From positions 8,613 through 54,349 of the forward strand of contig JBHLQM010000016.1 of NCBI GenBank assembly GCA_048884785.1: a stretch of DNA of 45,737 nt, given 5' to 3'. Positions 37,187 to 45,737 of the stretch are shown here, piece after piece (within the stretch, counting starts at the first letter, position 1; every line of letters begins with the position of its first letter). The position numbers and the translations under genes are program-made. The DNA comes from Candidatus Thorarchaeota archaeon (lineage in GTDB: Archaea > Asgardarchaeota > Thorarchaeia > Thorarchaeales > Thorarchaeaceae). The notes under the pieces were generated by a model that was not told where the DNA came from, searched no databases, and was given only the letters and a program-made list of their open reading frames with translations.

Positions 37187-38344
37187 ATGGATGTACCTCA
37201 GGGAATGCTACAAAAACTGAGGGAAATGGCGGGACACAACGAGATCAAACCAACTCTATCCAAGGCGCCCGGACGCATTGAGGTCTTGGGAAATCATACA
37301 GATTATAATTCAGGAATGGTATTAGCTGCATCAATCGACAAGTTCGTTTGGATTTTGGGAATCCCTGATCATGAGGTACATATCTACGCAGCGGACTATG
37401 ATGAGGAAATTAGATTCAATCTAAATAGCAATGAGCCATCAAATCAATCTTCATGGGAAATGTATGTGCGGGGTGTATTTTGGGCATTCAAGAGGAGGAA
37501 ACACAACATAAAGGGGCTCATTGCCGTCATCCATGGAGATGTTCCCAAGGGTGGAGGGCTAAGTTCTTCAGCAGCACTTGAGGTGTCTCTTGCCAATTTG
37601 ATCCATTCAGTAAGCGAGCTATCTTTGCAGCCAAAACCAATAGCAATGATTGCATTTGAGGCAGAAAGACTCTATTGTGGGATTTCGTGCGGAATTATGG
37701 ACCAGTTCACATCCCAGTTAGGAGAACCAAACGCCTTAGTTTCAATCAATTGCAGGAACCTTCAGACCCAATCGATACCCATGGACAACGATGCCCAGTT
37801 TGTGGCGATTGATTCCAAAGTGACACGATCTGCAAGCGACCCATTGAATAAGCGAAGACATGAATGCGTAAACGCGGTGGAAACCCTTCGAGACAGTGGA
37901 TGGTCGATACAGAATCTGAGTGACATCACACCTCAGTATCTTGTTCAGGCCCAAGAGGTTTTAGATGAAACGGCATTCAATCGAGTGAGTCATGTTGTCA
38001 ATGAGAATGCCAGAGTGCTGGAGGGAATGTCTGCTCTTGTTAACCACAATCTGGTCAGATTTGGGGAATTGATGTTTGAATCTCACACAAGTTCCCGTGA
38101 TTTGTATGAGGTTTCTCACCCTCGTCTTGATCTCCTAGTTGAACTCTCGAATCAAGTAGAGGGTGTACTTGGTAGTAGACTTACAGGAGCTGGCTTTGGT
38201 GGTAGTGTCTTGGCTCTTGTAAGAAGGGGACATGTTGATGATTTCTGTAGGAGAATATCTGCTAATTATGAGAGTGGCACTGGTGTGGCGCCAGAGGTGA
38301 CTCCCATAAGCATTCCCGGCGGAGTTAAGATTAGAAGGGCATAA
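37187..38344 (+). CDS. galK: Galactokinase
   Basis: APGRIEVLGNHTDYN; GLSSSAALE; CGIMDQ; GSRLTGAGFGG. Confidence 0.93.
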   Translation: MDVPQGMLQKLREMAGHNEIKPTLSKAPGRIEVLGNHTDYNSGMVLAASIDKFVWILGIPDHEVHIYAADYDEEIRFNLNSNEPSNQSSWEMYVRGVFWAFKRRKHNIKGLIAVIHGDVPKGGGLSSSAALEVSLANLIHSVSELSLQPKPIAMIAFEAERLYCGISCGIMDQFTSQLGEPNALVSINCRNLQTQSIPMDNDAQFVAIDSKVTRSASDPLNKRRHECVNAVETLRDSGWSIQNLSDITPQYLVQAQEVLDETAFNRVSHVVNENARVLEGMSALVNHNLVRFGELMFESHTSSRDLYEVSHPRLDLLVELSNQVEGVLGSRLTGAGFGGSVLALVRRGHVDDFCRRISANYESGTGVAPEVTPISIPGGVKIRRA

Positions 38345-38420
38345 TGCATCACTAAGAATCGATGCAAATAACTGAGCTTCTGCTATCTGAAAAAGTGGCT
38401 TAGCAAGAGTGGTGTGACTA

Positions 38421-41351
38421 ATGGTTGATGAGAACTTCAATGCCGTGATTATCAGTGAAACGCATTGGGACAGAGCATGGTATCAGACCTTTGAGGAGTT
38501 TAGGCTCCGACTTGTAAAGCTTGTTGATAGCCTTCTGGATATTCTGAACAATAATCCTGATTTTGCCCACTATACATTTGATGGGCAGACTGTAGTGCTT
38601 GAAGACTATTTGAATGTCAAACCTCAGATGAGAGAAATGCTTCAGAAGCTTGTAAAGGAAGGCAGAATTGATGTGGGACCATGGTATGTCCTTCCCGATG
38701 TGTATCTTGTTTCTGGAGAGAGTCTTATTCGAAATCTTCTCCTCGGCAGACAGGTAGCCAATGAATTCGGAAGATGTATGGACGTTGGATATATTCCAGA
38801 TCCCTTTGGGCATATCAGTCAACTTCCTCAGATACTCTCGCAATTCGGATATGATTCAATCATCTTTGCGCGAGGAACAGGAGAAGAATCAGAGACCCTT
38901 GGGTCCGAGTTCATTTGGGAGGCGTCTGATGGAAGTGAGGTCTTGGCACATTGGCTTCCTCTTTCTTATGGCAACGCGGCTAATCTTCCAGAAGATGTTC
39001 AGGATGCAGTATATGTCATTGAAGATGTGCTAGAAAGGCTGAAACCTTGGTCACGTATTGGAACCTATCTATTGATGAATGGGTCTGATCACCTCGAACC
39101 TCAGAAACATCTTCCTGATATTATCAGACGTTTCAATGAGAGCCATGATGATAAGTTGGTAATTGGAACACTGCCAATGTTTGTCAAGAGAATCAGAGAG
39201 GAGAAGAGTCAGCTTTCTAGATTCAGCGGAGAATTCAGACGCTCGAAATATCATAACCTTCTTTCAGGTGTATACTCAGCAAGAGTCTATATCAAACAGG
39301 CAAATGAGTACTCGCAAAGGCTCTTGGAAAGAATAACCGAACCCTGGTGTGTTTCAGCTTGGCTATTGGGCAAGAAGTATCCACTCCACGAGATTAGACA
39401 GGCTTGGAAGTACCTCCTTCTAAATCATCCACATGATGACATCTGTGGATGCAGTATCGATGATGTGCATGAAGACAATATGCAGAGGTACAGATGGGTG
39501 GATGAAATCTCGGGTGGGCTCTTAGAAGAGAGCTATCAGACGCTCATAGGGCAACTACAATCAGAGAAACCCGGAATTGCCATTCTAAATCCATCTCCAA
39601 AGGACCGAAGTGGAATAGTGATCTTTGAGTTTCCAGCTTCAAACTATAGATATTCGCGGCTAGCCGATATCTCGCTAATAGATCCCAACCTAGTCCCACA
39701 GAGCCAACTCGAGGCAGCCAAAAATGAGATTCATATTGCGTATGTACGCCAGAATGGATTCGACTTGGATCCTACCAATGAAAGAGAGATAGTTAAAGGC
39801 TCTGAGAAGTTGCGAGAATTTGAGTTCGATTACAGTCATCTTGCCATGCTCGACCCGCCGCTGAGACGGGTTCTTCGACATGTTTCCACCGCGTATAAGA
39901 TTGTAGTCAACTCTAGAAACAAAGTAGTGGACGTGTGGGCAAGAAAGTTCGATGCTGGCGAAGATGCAGATAGCCTGCTGTGTCTTGCTGACCAAGATCA
40001 AAACCCAATTCCAATTCAGCTCCTAGACTATGAGATGAGAAAGGATCCACTCAACCATCTAATCGCTGACAGAGAGGAGCACCTTAGATTCGCAGTTGCT
40101 GCAGAAGATGTCCCAGCCTTGGGAGCAAAACGTTATGATATGATATTCTCACATAGCGAATCTGACATGGACATTAGCTCGAAGGTAATGGTATCCGGCA
40201 ATAGGCTCGAGAATGAAGTGGTTTCAGTTGAAGTTGAGGAAAACGGAACACTAACAATCACCGATAAGAGGTCATCACAGATCTACAAAGGGGTCCTCAA
40301 ATTCGAAGATTCCGCAGATTCTGGAGACTCCTACGACTACTGCCCTATCGCCAATGGAACTACAGTTTTTGAGAATATTGAAGTGGAGATTGAGGAGGGC
40401 TACACTGGGCCTCTTGTAGGTTCACTGCTCATCAGTGGCACAATAGAACTTCCAATAGGATTAAACTCCAACTCAATTGAGAGAACGGATGAGAAAGTAG
40501 ATTGTGAGTTCGTTACAGAAATCACTCTCACACGTGGAAGTCCAACAGTCCAGGTCCTCACTGTGTTCAACAATCTGGCGGAGGACCATAGATTGAGGGT
40601 GTTGCTCCCTGTGGGCACTGAAACAACGGAATGTTCAGCAGACTCGACATTCGATGTCCTCGATAGACCAAATAGACCCAAACAGGAAACAGACTGGGCG
40701 CAGCCTCTGGCTCCAACCTATCCAATGAGATCATTCATGAGCCTGGGCGGGAACGGTAGAGGACTTTCGGTAACAACCAAAGGGCTTCTAGAGTTTGAGA
40801 TCTTGAAACCTGAGGGCGGCACAATTGCGCTCACTTTAGTACGTTCTGTTGGCTGGCTCTCAAAGATGGGATTTGCCACACGGAGAGGCAATGCAGGCCC
40901 CATAGTCGAGACTCCTGATGCTCAGTGTCAAGGCATAAACACGGTAGAGTTTGCAATTACGCCTCACACAGGGAACTGGCTTCAAGACGAAACATATCTA
41001 GAGTCTGAGGAGTATCTGCTTCCGCTGCAATCATTGTTTATTCCCAAGAGTGAGGGGAATGGAGAGAAAACACAGCTCGAAGGCATCACCCTCGCTCCAT
41101 CTTGCATGAGGCTGTCTGCACTCAAGCAATCTGAAGATGGAAAACATGGTGTTCTCAGATTCTGGAATATAGCCGACACTAATGAGGTATGTACGGTCAA
41201 GTTTGGCTTTGATGTCAAGGCAGTATTTGGTGCCCGAATGGATGAATCAGTTGAAAACTCCATCAAACCAAAAAGAGTAGGCGAAAATGAGTATACCATT
41301 CCAGTCCCTCCAAAACGTGTCGTGACAATCCTATTTGAACCAACGAGATGA
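38421..41351 (+). CDS. Glycoside hydrolase family 38 (alpha-mannosidase/MngB-like)
   Basis: THWDRAWY; DGQT..LEDY; GPWY..D; PDPFGH; HDDICGCS; LTLVRSVG. Confidence 0.92.
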   Translation: MVDENFNAVIISETHWDRAWYQTFEEFRLRLVKLVDSLLDILNNNPDFAHYTFDGQTVVLEDYLNVKPQMREMLQKLVKEGRIDVGPWYVLPDVYLVSGESLIRNLLLGRQVANEFGRCMDVGYIPDPFGHISQLPQILSQFGYDSIIFARGTGEESETLGSEFIWEASDGSEVLAHWLPLSYGNAANLPEDVQDAVYVIEDVLERLKPWSRIGTYLLMNGSDHLEPQKHLPDIIRRFNESHDDKLVIGTLPMFVKRIREEKSQLSRFSGEFRRSKYHNLLSGVYSARVYIKQANEYSQRLLERITEPWCVSAWLLGKKYPLHEIRQAWKYLLLNHPHDDICGCSIDDVHEDNMQRYRWVDEISGGLLEESYQTLIGQLQSEKPGIAILNPSPKDRSGIVIFEFPASNYRYSRLADISLIDPNLVPQSQLEAAKNEIHIAYVRQNGFDLDPTNEREIVKGSEKLREFEFDYSHLAMLDPPLRRVLRHVSTAYKIVVNSRNKVVDVWARKFDAGEDADSLLCLADQDQNPIPIQLLDYEMRKDPLNHLIADREEHLRFAVAAEDVPALGAKRYDMIFSHSESDMDISSKVMVSGNRLENEVVSVEVEENGTLTITDKRSSQIYKGVLKFEDSADSGDSYDYCPIANGTTVFENIEVEIEEGYTGPLVGSLLISGTIELPIGLNSNSIERTDEKVDCEFVTEITLTRGSPTVQVLTVFNNLAEDHRLRVLLPVGTETTECSADSTFDVLDRPNRPKQETDWAQPLAPTYPMRSFMSLGGNGRGLSVTTKGLLEFEILKPEGGTIALTLVRSVGWLSKMGFATRRGNAGPIVETPDAQCQGINTVEFAITPHTGNWLQDETYLESEEYLLPLQSLFIPKSEGNGEKTQLEGITLAPSCMRLSALKQSEDGKHGVLRFWNIADTNEVCTVKFGFDVKAVFGARMDESVENSIKPKRVGENEYTIPVPPKRVVTILFEPTR

Positions 41352-41360
41352 GGTTGCGAA

Positions 41361-42068
41361 ATGTCGGATGAAGACGTGCCAGGCATCATAAAAGCCCATG
41401 CACCTATCCTGCATTTCCATCCTGATGAGGGAGAGTATTGTTGCTACCCAACCAGCGCAGAAGAGATCTACAAGAATTATGGCCAGAGGTGGCATGAATA
41501 TCGGAAAATCCTCACACCGAGCATTCTAGACCAAGATGCTCCGTGCTACTTTGAGTTGTGGGAGGATGAGAAACTGACGCATCTTCGCTACTGGTTCTAC
41601 TACAATTACAACCGCTTTCCAAAGGCACCGCTGGGACTTGGTGAACATGCAGGCGACTGGGAGCATGTTGAATTGCGAATCTATAAAGAGGGCACAATTT
41701 GGTTACTCTCAAATCATCTGAAATGCAGACTTGCATCGCTCCCCAGAAACATGACATTTCCGGGCTATGCGACTACAGAGCCAATCCTAACAGGGAACCA
41801 GATTCACATATGGGTCGCGTTGGGGTCACACGCGTGTTACCCCTCTCCCGACTCGCGACCATATTGTTTCGCAAAGATTCTCTGCGATGTGATCGAGGAT
41901 GGCGGAGCAGTATATGACTCATCCAGAAATCTGGTGGACTTGACACGGACCAATTTCTATTCCTTCACCGGGCGATGGGGTGATTCAGGGTCTCCAAGAA
42001 GTCCCACAAATGACTACAATAATCGATGGCGCAATATACCGAATCATAGACCAGTCAGAACGGAGTAG
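41361..42068 (+). CDS. Vps62/NPP1-like domain protein
   Basis: HAPILHFHPDE; YWFYYNYN; HAGDWEHV; GSHACY; FTGRWG..SP.SP. Confidence 0.7.
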   Translation: MSDEDVPGIIKAHAPILHFHPDEGEYCCYPTSAEEIYKNYGQRWHEYRKILTPSILDQDAPCYFELWEDEKLTHLRYWFYYNYNRFPKAPLGLGEHAGDWEHVELRIYKEGTIWLLSNHLKCRLASLPRNMTFPGYATTEPILTGNQIHIWVALGSHACYPSPDSRPYCFAKILCDVIEDGGAVYDSSRNLVDLTRTNFYSFTGRWGDSGSPRSPTNDYNNRWRNIPNHRPVRTE

Positions 42069-42094
42069 GGAATAGGAAACACATTTGATGGCAA

Positions 42095-42871
42095 ATGCGT
42101 GACTTTAATTCAGTTGAGGCATTGAATAGACCTGTGGTGTGGTGGGAATACATGCTGAGGCGAATTACTGTTTTCTGTTTGATACTAGCGATACTCTGGA
42201 GTCCAGCACTTGTATCAGCACAGGCTTCATATGGCCTTAGTTGGGGTGTTTCTGTTAGTGACAAAATTCCCTATACTGTTGAAGTTGCTAGTAGCGGCAC
42301 AGGTTTTGGTTTTGTCAACAGGACCTACAGTGAAGATGTCATTTTAACGGTGGTCGATCTCCCAGACCTCTCAGAATACCAGACCTATGATATTTTTCCA
42401 CCCATGGCTCGGACTAATATTACATATGCGAATGGCACTATAATTCATTATTTTGAGCCACTTTTCGGCAACGTTGTTTCCATTGTTATTTTCCCTATCG
42501 GAAACTGGACTCATTATAGGTATCTCACTGAGCTTGGGACTGACAGCGTGTTCTCTGAAGATCTATTTACATGGTCAATGTATTTTGAGTATTCTCCAGA
42601 TAATGGTCAGAGCTATCAAAACGCAACGTATCAATTCTCAAAAGCAGATGGTGCATTAAGCTTTCACGTTTCGTATTTTCATACAGAGTTTGACTATGAA
42701 GGCGGTTATACATACACTCTGACCACGACTGCAAAAATAAGCCGTAGCGATTTCGGACTATCTGTTCCTCTGCTCACTTTGTCAGCAGTCATCATCATAG
42801 TAGGGGTAGTCATTGGAATTGAGATAGTCCGAAGGTATAGGGGGAGGCATGCGACTGCAGTGTCTGTATAG
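42095..42871 (+). CDS. Secreted membrane-anchored hypothetical protein
   Basis: Signal peptide (likely from MLRRIT); L.WGV..GD-like N-terminus; C-terminal TM + RRYR. Confidence 0.75.
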   Translation: MRDFNSVEALNRPVVWWEYMLRRITVFCLILAILWSPALVSAQASYGLSWGVSVSDKIPYTVEVASSGTGFGFVNRTYSEDVILTVVDLPDLSEYQTYDIFPPMARTNITYANGTIIHYFEPLFGNVVSIVIFPIGNWTHYRYLTELGTDSVFSEDLFTWSMYFEYSPDNGQSYQNATYQFSKADGALSFHVSYFHTEFDYEGGYTYTLTTTAKISRSDFGLSVPLLTLSAVIIIVGVVIGIEIVRRYRGRHATAVSV

Positions 42872-43440
42872 TGGATCCGTCATTCAACATGGCTTCTCCA
42901 ACGAGAAACCGGAGTGGTATCGTTGATGAGTACACGGAGCGGCTCCGGCAAATGAACAATTCTGATTTGACACAGTTAATTCTCTCGACAGAGAGGGCAA
43001 CATGGTAAGCAATAACTCTGATTCGACATGGTTAAATGAATGTTGTACCCTGCCTCAGAAATCAAGGAGCCAAAGCAGTTGCTGTATAAAGTGATCTTTG
43101 CCAACTCTGGTTCACTATGTTTCCTGTTATATTCCGCGGAAAGTCCCCTATGCCAACATAATATTCTTCGGAGCGCCTTGAAACGCTTCTGGTTCAGAAT
43201 GTTTAACCAGAGTTGTCGGCAACCGTACGTCCTTGTATCACGTCTACGAATTGTCCCTATATACCGGTAACGAGTATTAAACTCCCCTAGTGATTACTCA
43301 TATTTGCACCATTGGTGATAATGCAGATTAGCGGACAACTTATAGGAAACCTGTGGTCTATTTCCATGTAGCAGTTCTGTGTGGTGGACTTGTGTCATTT
43401 CATATTTGCAGTTACACAAGTTTGCAGGGTTCGATTGAAA

Positions 43441-45737
43441 ATGAAAAAGAGGAAAGGAGAGAATCCATCAGAGAGGGAAATGGTAGAGGAGATAAAAACC
43501 AATTGGACAGAAATGATTAAGCTTCACAAAAAGGCGGCAGAGTCCTATTTGGAAATGAAGAAGGTGAGAGAGGCCGCAGGAGAATACAAGAAGCTTGGAT
43601 ATGCCTATGCACAGTTTGCAGAAACAGTTGATACTTCAGCTGAATATATAGACCAAACCAGAAATGCTATTGATGCTTTCAGAAAAGCTGCGACTCTCTA
43701 TAAGCAGACAGGCAACAAGAAGGAGGAATTGGAATGCATTGGAGAAGCCTTCTTCTTCAGCGGGTCTGTAGCAGGGTCCAATATGAAGCTAAAGGAGGCG
43801 CTTATTAAATCTCATGACCACTTCATTAAATCAAGCGAACTCTGTACCAAGGAGACTGATCAAGAGGGTCGAGCGCGGACTTTGAGTCGTGCTGCATGGG
43901 TTTCATTCTGCCTAATTCTTCAATCTAAAAACAAAGAAGAGGCTGTACCAATTTCTCATGAAGGCATAGCGTTTGCAGGAGAATCTTGGGAGATTTCAAA
44001 GGATGTTGGAAATGTTAAATCTCTTGCTGAATCATTGTTTGCTGAATTTTGTCTATGTGTGGCTCATATGTTTGTTGCACCATATAGAGGGGATGAGAAT
44101 TGGAAGGAATATAACAAGAAGCTCCTATGGAGGTGTGATGAAAGTATAAAAGCTACCGAGGATTGTAACAATTCTCTTTTCATTAGTATGGTTCACCTTG
44201 CGGCCGGGACCATATACACGCTCTTTGGATTTAATTTCATTATGCATGAAAGAGAACAGAGAGAATACACTGAGAAGGGTTTTCAATTATTGGAGAAGGC
44301 TGTAATCTTCGCAAAGAGAGCAAATAATAAAATCTTGATATTAGATTCGCTATGGTGGTTGAACTGGAATGCTCTTAATACAGCAAGATACGAGCACATC
44401 CAGAAACGAATTTTCGAAGACATCTGGCTTATGGAAGAGGCCGGAAGAATATTTGCAGAATCATACACCTTTTGGTTTCATCTTGGAAAAGCCATGCCAG
44501 GTTACTCTTATGCAAATTTGGCTCGGGGGAGTTTATACACTACTGCTCAGAGGAAGGCTCTTGCTGAGAAAGGAATTGAATATACAATGGAGTCCTTGAA
44601 GAAGGGAGAAACTGGCCCAATAGCTGTATTGCAATATCAGTCATTAACATGGTCACATTCACTACTAGCTATTTTCGCTGAAACGAAAGATGAGCGGAAT
44701 CAACACGCTCAGAAAATGCTTCAATACGCTCGAAGGGCTGAAGAAATCTGTGAGGAATTTGATGGAGATTGGAATCGAGCTGCAGGTTATTCTTCCACCT
44801 ATGGAGCATACAAGACACTCGCAGATCTTGCAGAAAGTGAGAAAGAAAGAATCAAGAATCTATCAGCTGCAATTGATGCCGCCAGAAAGTACAATCAACA
44901 TTCAGTGGAAAGCCGTACTGGTATAATAGCAGCTGAAGTGCGGCTAGGGCTTCTCTACGAAGAGCTAGGTATTTTGACGACAAAGATCGAACCGCTTAGA
45001 AAGGCTAAAGATACATTCCTAAGTGTAATCAAGGAGAGTCGTGATAGGGGATATCATTTCTATGAAGCTGCGGGTCACGAATATGCTGCACATATAGAAG
45101 ATCGACTTGGCAATCATATTGCTTCCGCTGAACATTACGAAAAGGCTCAGGAGGCTCATACAGAGTCGTTGAGGGCCATTGACTTCGAACCTTTGAGAGA
45201 GAGAGTAGAGGAGAAAATAAACTACGCCAGTGCATGGAACATGATTGAGAAGGCTAAGGCCTTTCACAGGATGTCAAATTACCAAGAGGCTAAGGAAAAC
45301 TATGAGAATGCATGCAAAATTTTGAAAGAACTACCGAGCTTTGATTATGAAGCATATTACTACTCTGCTTGGGCTATGCAGGAAGACGCAGAACAACTCA
45401 GTAGGCAGGAAGAACATGAGTATGCTTTAGAGAGATATGAAGCAACTAGGAAGAGCTTCGATAGCGCGATAAAATTACTGGAAGAAACCTCCACTTCTTT
45501 GAAAAAGAGATATGAGAGAGAAAGAATTGGGAAACTCAATAAAGCAGCAAAGGTGAGAATGAAGTACTGCTCCGGTAGAGCAGATATCGAAAGAGCAAGA
45601 ATACTAGGAAAGCAGGGCGAACACCTAGCAGCTGCAGAGAGATTTGCTTCGGCGGCTTCCGAGTTCAAGGATGTTCTTACTCAATTCAAAATCAAGACAG
45701 AACGTCTGGAATTAGAAGCTGTATACAACCTCTGCAG
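43441..45737 (+). CDS. Large TPR-like alpha-solenoid protein, 3' end outside window
   Basis: Missing from the ORF track because it has no stop in the window. Starts MKKRKGENPSEREMVEE..LHKKAAESY..AAGEYKKLGYAY..AFRKAATLYKQTG and appears open to the window end (>765 aa), with helical A..Y..A repeats. Confidence 0.85.
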   Translation, partial: MKKRKGENPSEREMVEEIKTNWTEMIKLHKKAAESYLEMKKVREAAGEYKKLGYAYAQFAETVDTSAEYIDQTRNAIDAFRKAATLYKQTGNKKEELECIGEAFFFSGSVAGSNMKLKEALIKSHDHFIKSSELCTKETDQEGRARTLSRAAWVSFCLILQSKNKEEAVPISHEGIAFAGESWEISKDVGNVKSLAESLFAEFCLCVAHMFVAPYRGDENWKEYNKKLLWRCDESIKATEDCNNSLFISMVHLAAGTIYTLFGFNFIMHEREQREYTEKGFQLLEKAVIFAKRANNKILILDSLWWLNWNALNTARYEHIQKRIFEDIWLMEEAGRIFAESYTFWFHLGKAMPGYSYANLARGSLYTTAQRKALAEKGIEYTMESLKKGETGPIAVLQYQSLTWSHSLLAIFAETKDERNQHAQKMLQYARRAEEICEEFDGDWNRAAGYSSTYGAYKTLADLAESEKERIKNLSAAIDAARKYNQHSVESRTGIIAAEVRLGLLYEELGILTTKIEPLRKAKDTFLSVIKESRDRGYHFYEAAGHEYAAHIEDRLGNHIASAEHYEKAQEAHTESLRAIDFEPLRERVEEKINYASAWNMIEKAKAFHRMSNYQEAKENYENACKILKELPSFDYEAYYYSAWAMQEDAEQLSRQEEHEYALERYEATRKSFDSAIKLLEETSTSLKKRYERERIGKLNKAAKVRMKYCSGRADIERARILGKQGEHLAAAERFASAASEFKDVLTQFKIKTERLELEAVYNLC

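Noticed and set aside
42872-43440. Short ORFs (39 aa near 42889; 76 aa at 43040-43270)
   Set aside because: No SD, motif or protein-like composition that I can support.
1-45737. The many 60-150 aa ORFs antisense to or nested in long genes; CRISPR arrays, IS elements, selenocysteine read-through
   Set aside because: The shadow ORFs have no motifs; no regularly spaced repeats, transposase motifs or interrupted genes needing UGA read-through were seen.

Overview
A gene-dense archaeal chromosomal window, most likely from an Asgard archaeon (Thorarchaeia-like). That assignment is inferred from two gelsolin-domain proteins, a Rab-like GTPase fusion, archaeal por/ior oxidoreductase operons, a geranylgeranyl reductase and an archaeal ThrRS editing domain. 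No rRNA, tRNA, CRISPR array or transposase was seen. Most genes are metabolic: three Zn-dependent dehydrogenases, iorAB, porCDAB, a NitT/TauT ABC transporter, galT-galK-GH38, GDPD, GNAT, DHH and HD hydrolases. Two loci stand out. (1) An arsR / [SAM methyltransferase::HgcA] / hgcB-like operon (28019-30510): a full HgcA-type membrane corrinoid protein (cap helix NVWCAARG) fused to an N-terminal class I methyltransferase and followed by an HgcB-type ferredoxin with a variant signature. (2) A protein (15865-18183) joining a 7-bladed BBS2/ITFG2-like beta-propeller and an Ig-like domain to an intact Rab-like GTPase. Also noted: three tandem TrmB-like wHTH/PLD-fold paralogs preceded by two related hairpin elements, a Hef-like helicase with degenerate motifs, a divergent Alba-like protein and an unannotated 45-aa four-Cys mini-protein. 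All family calls come from recognising motifs by eye; no database searches were run.
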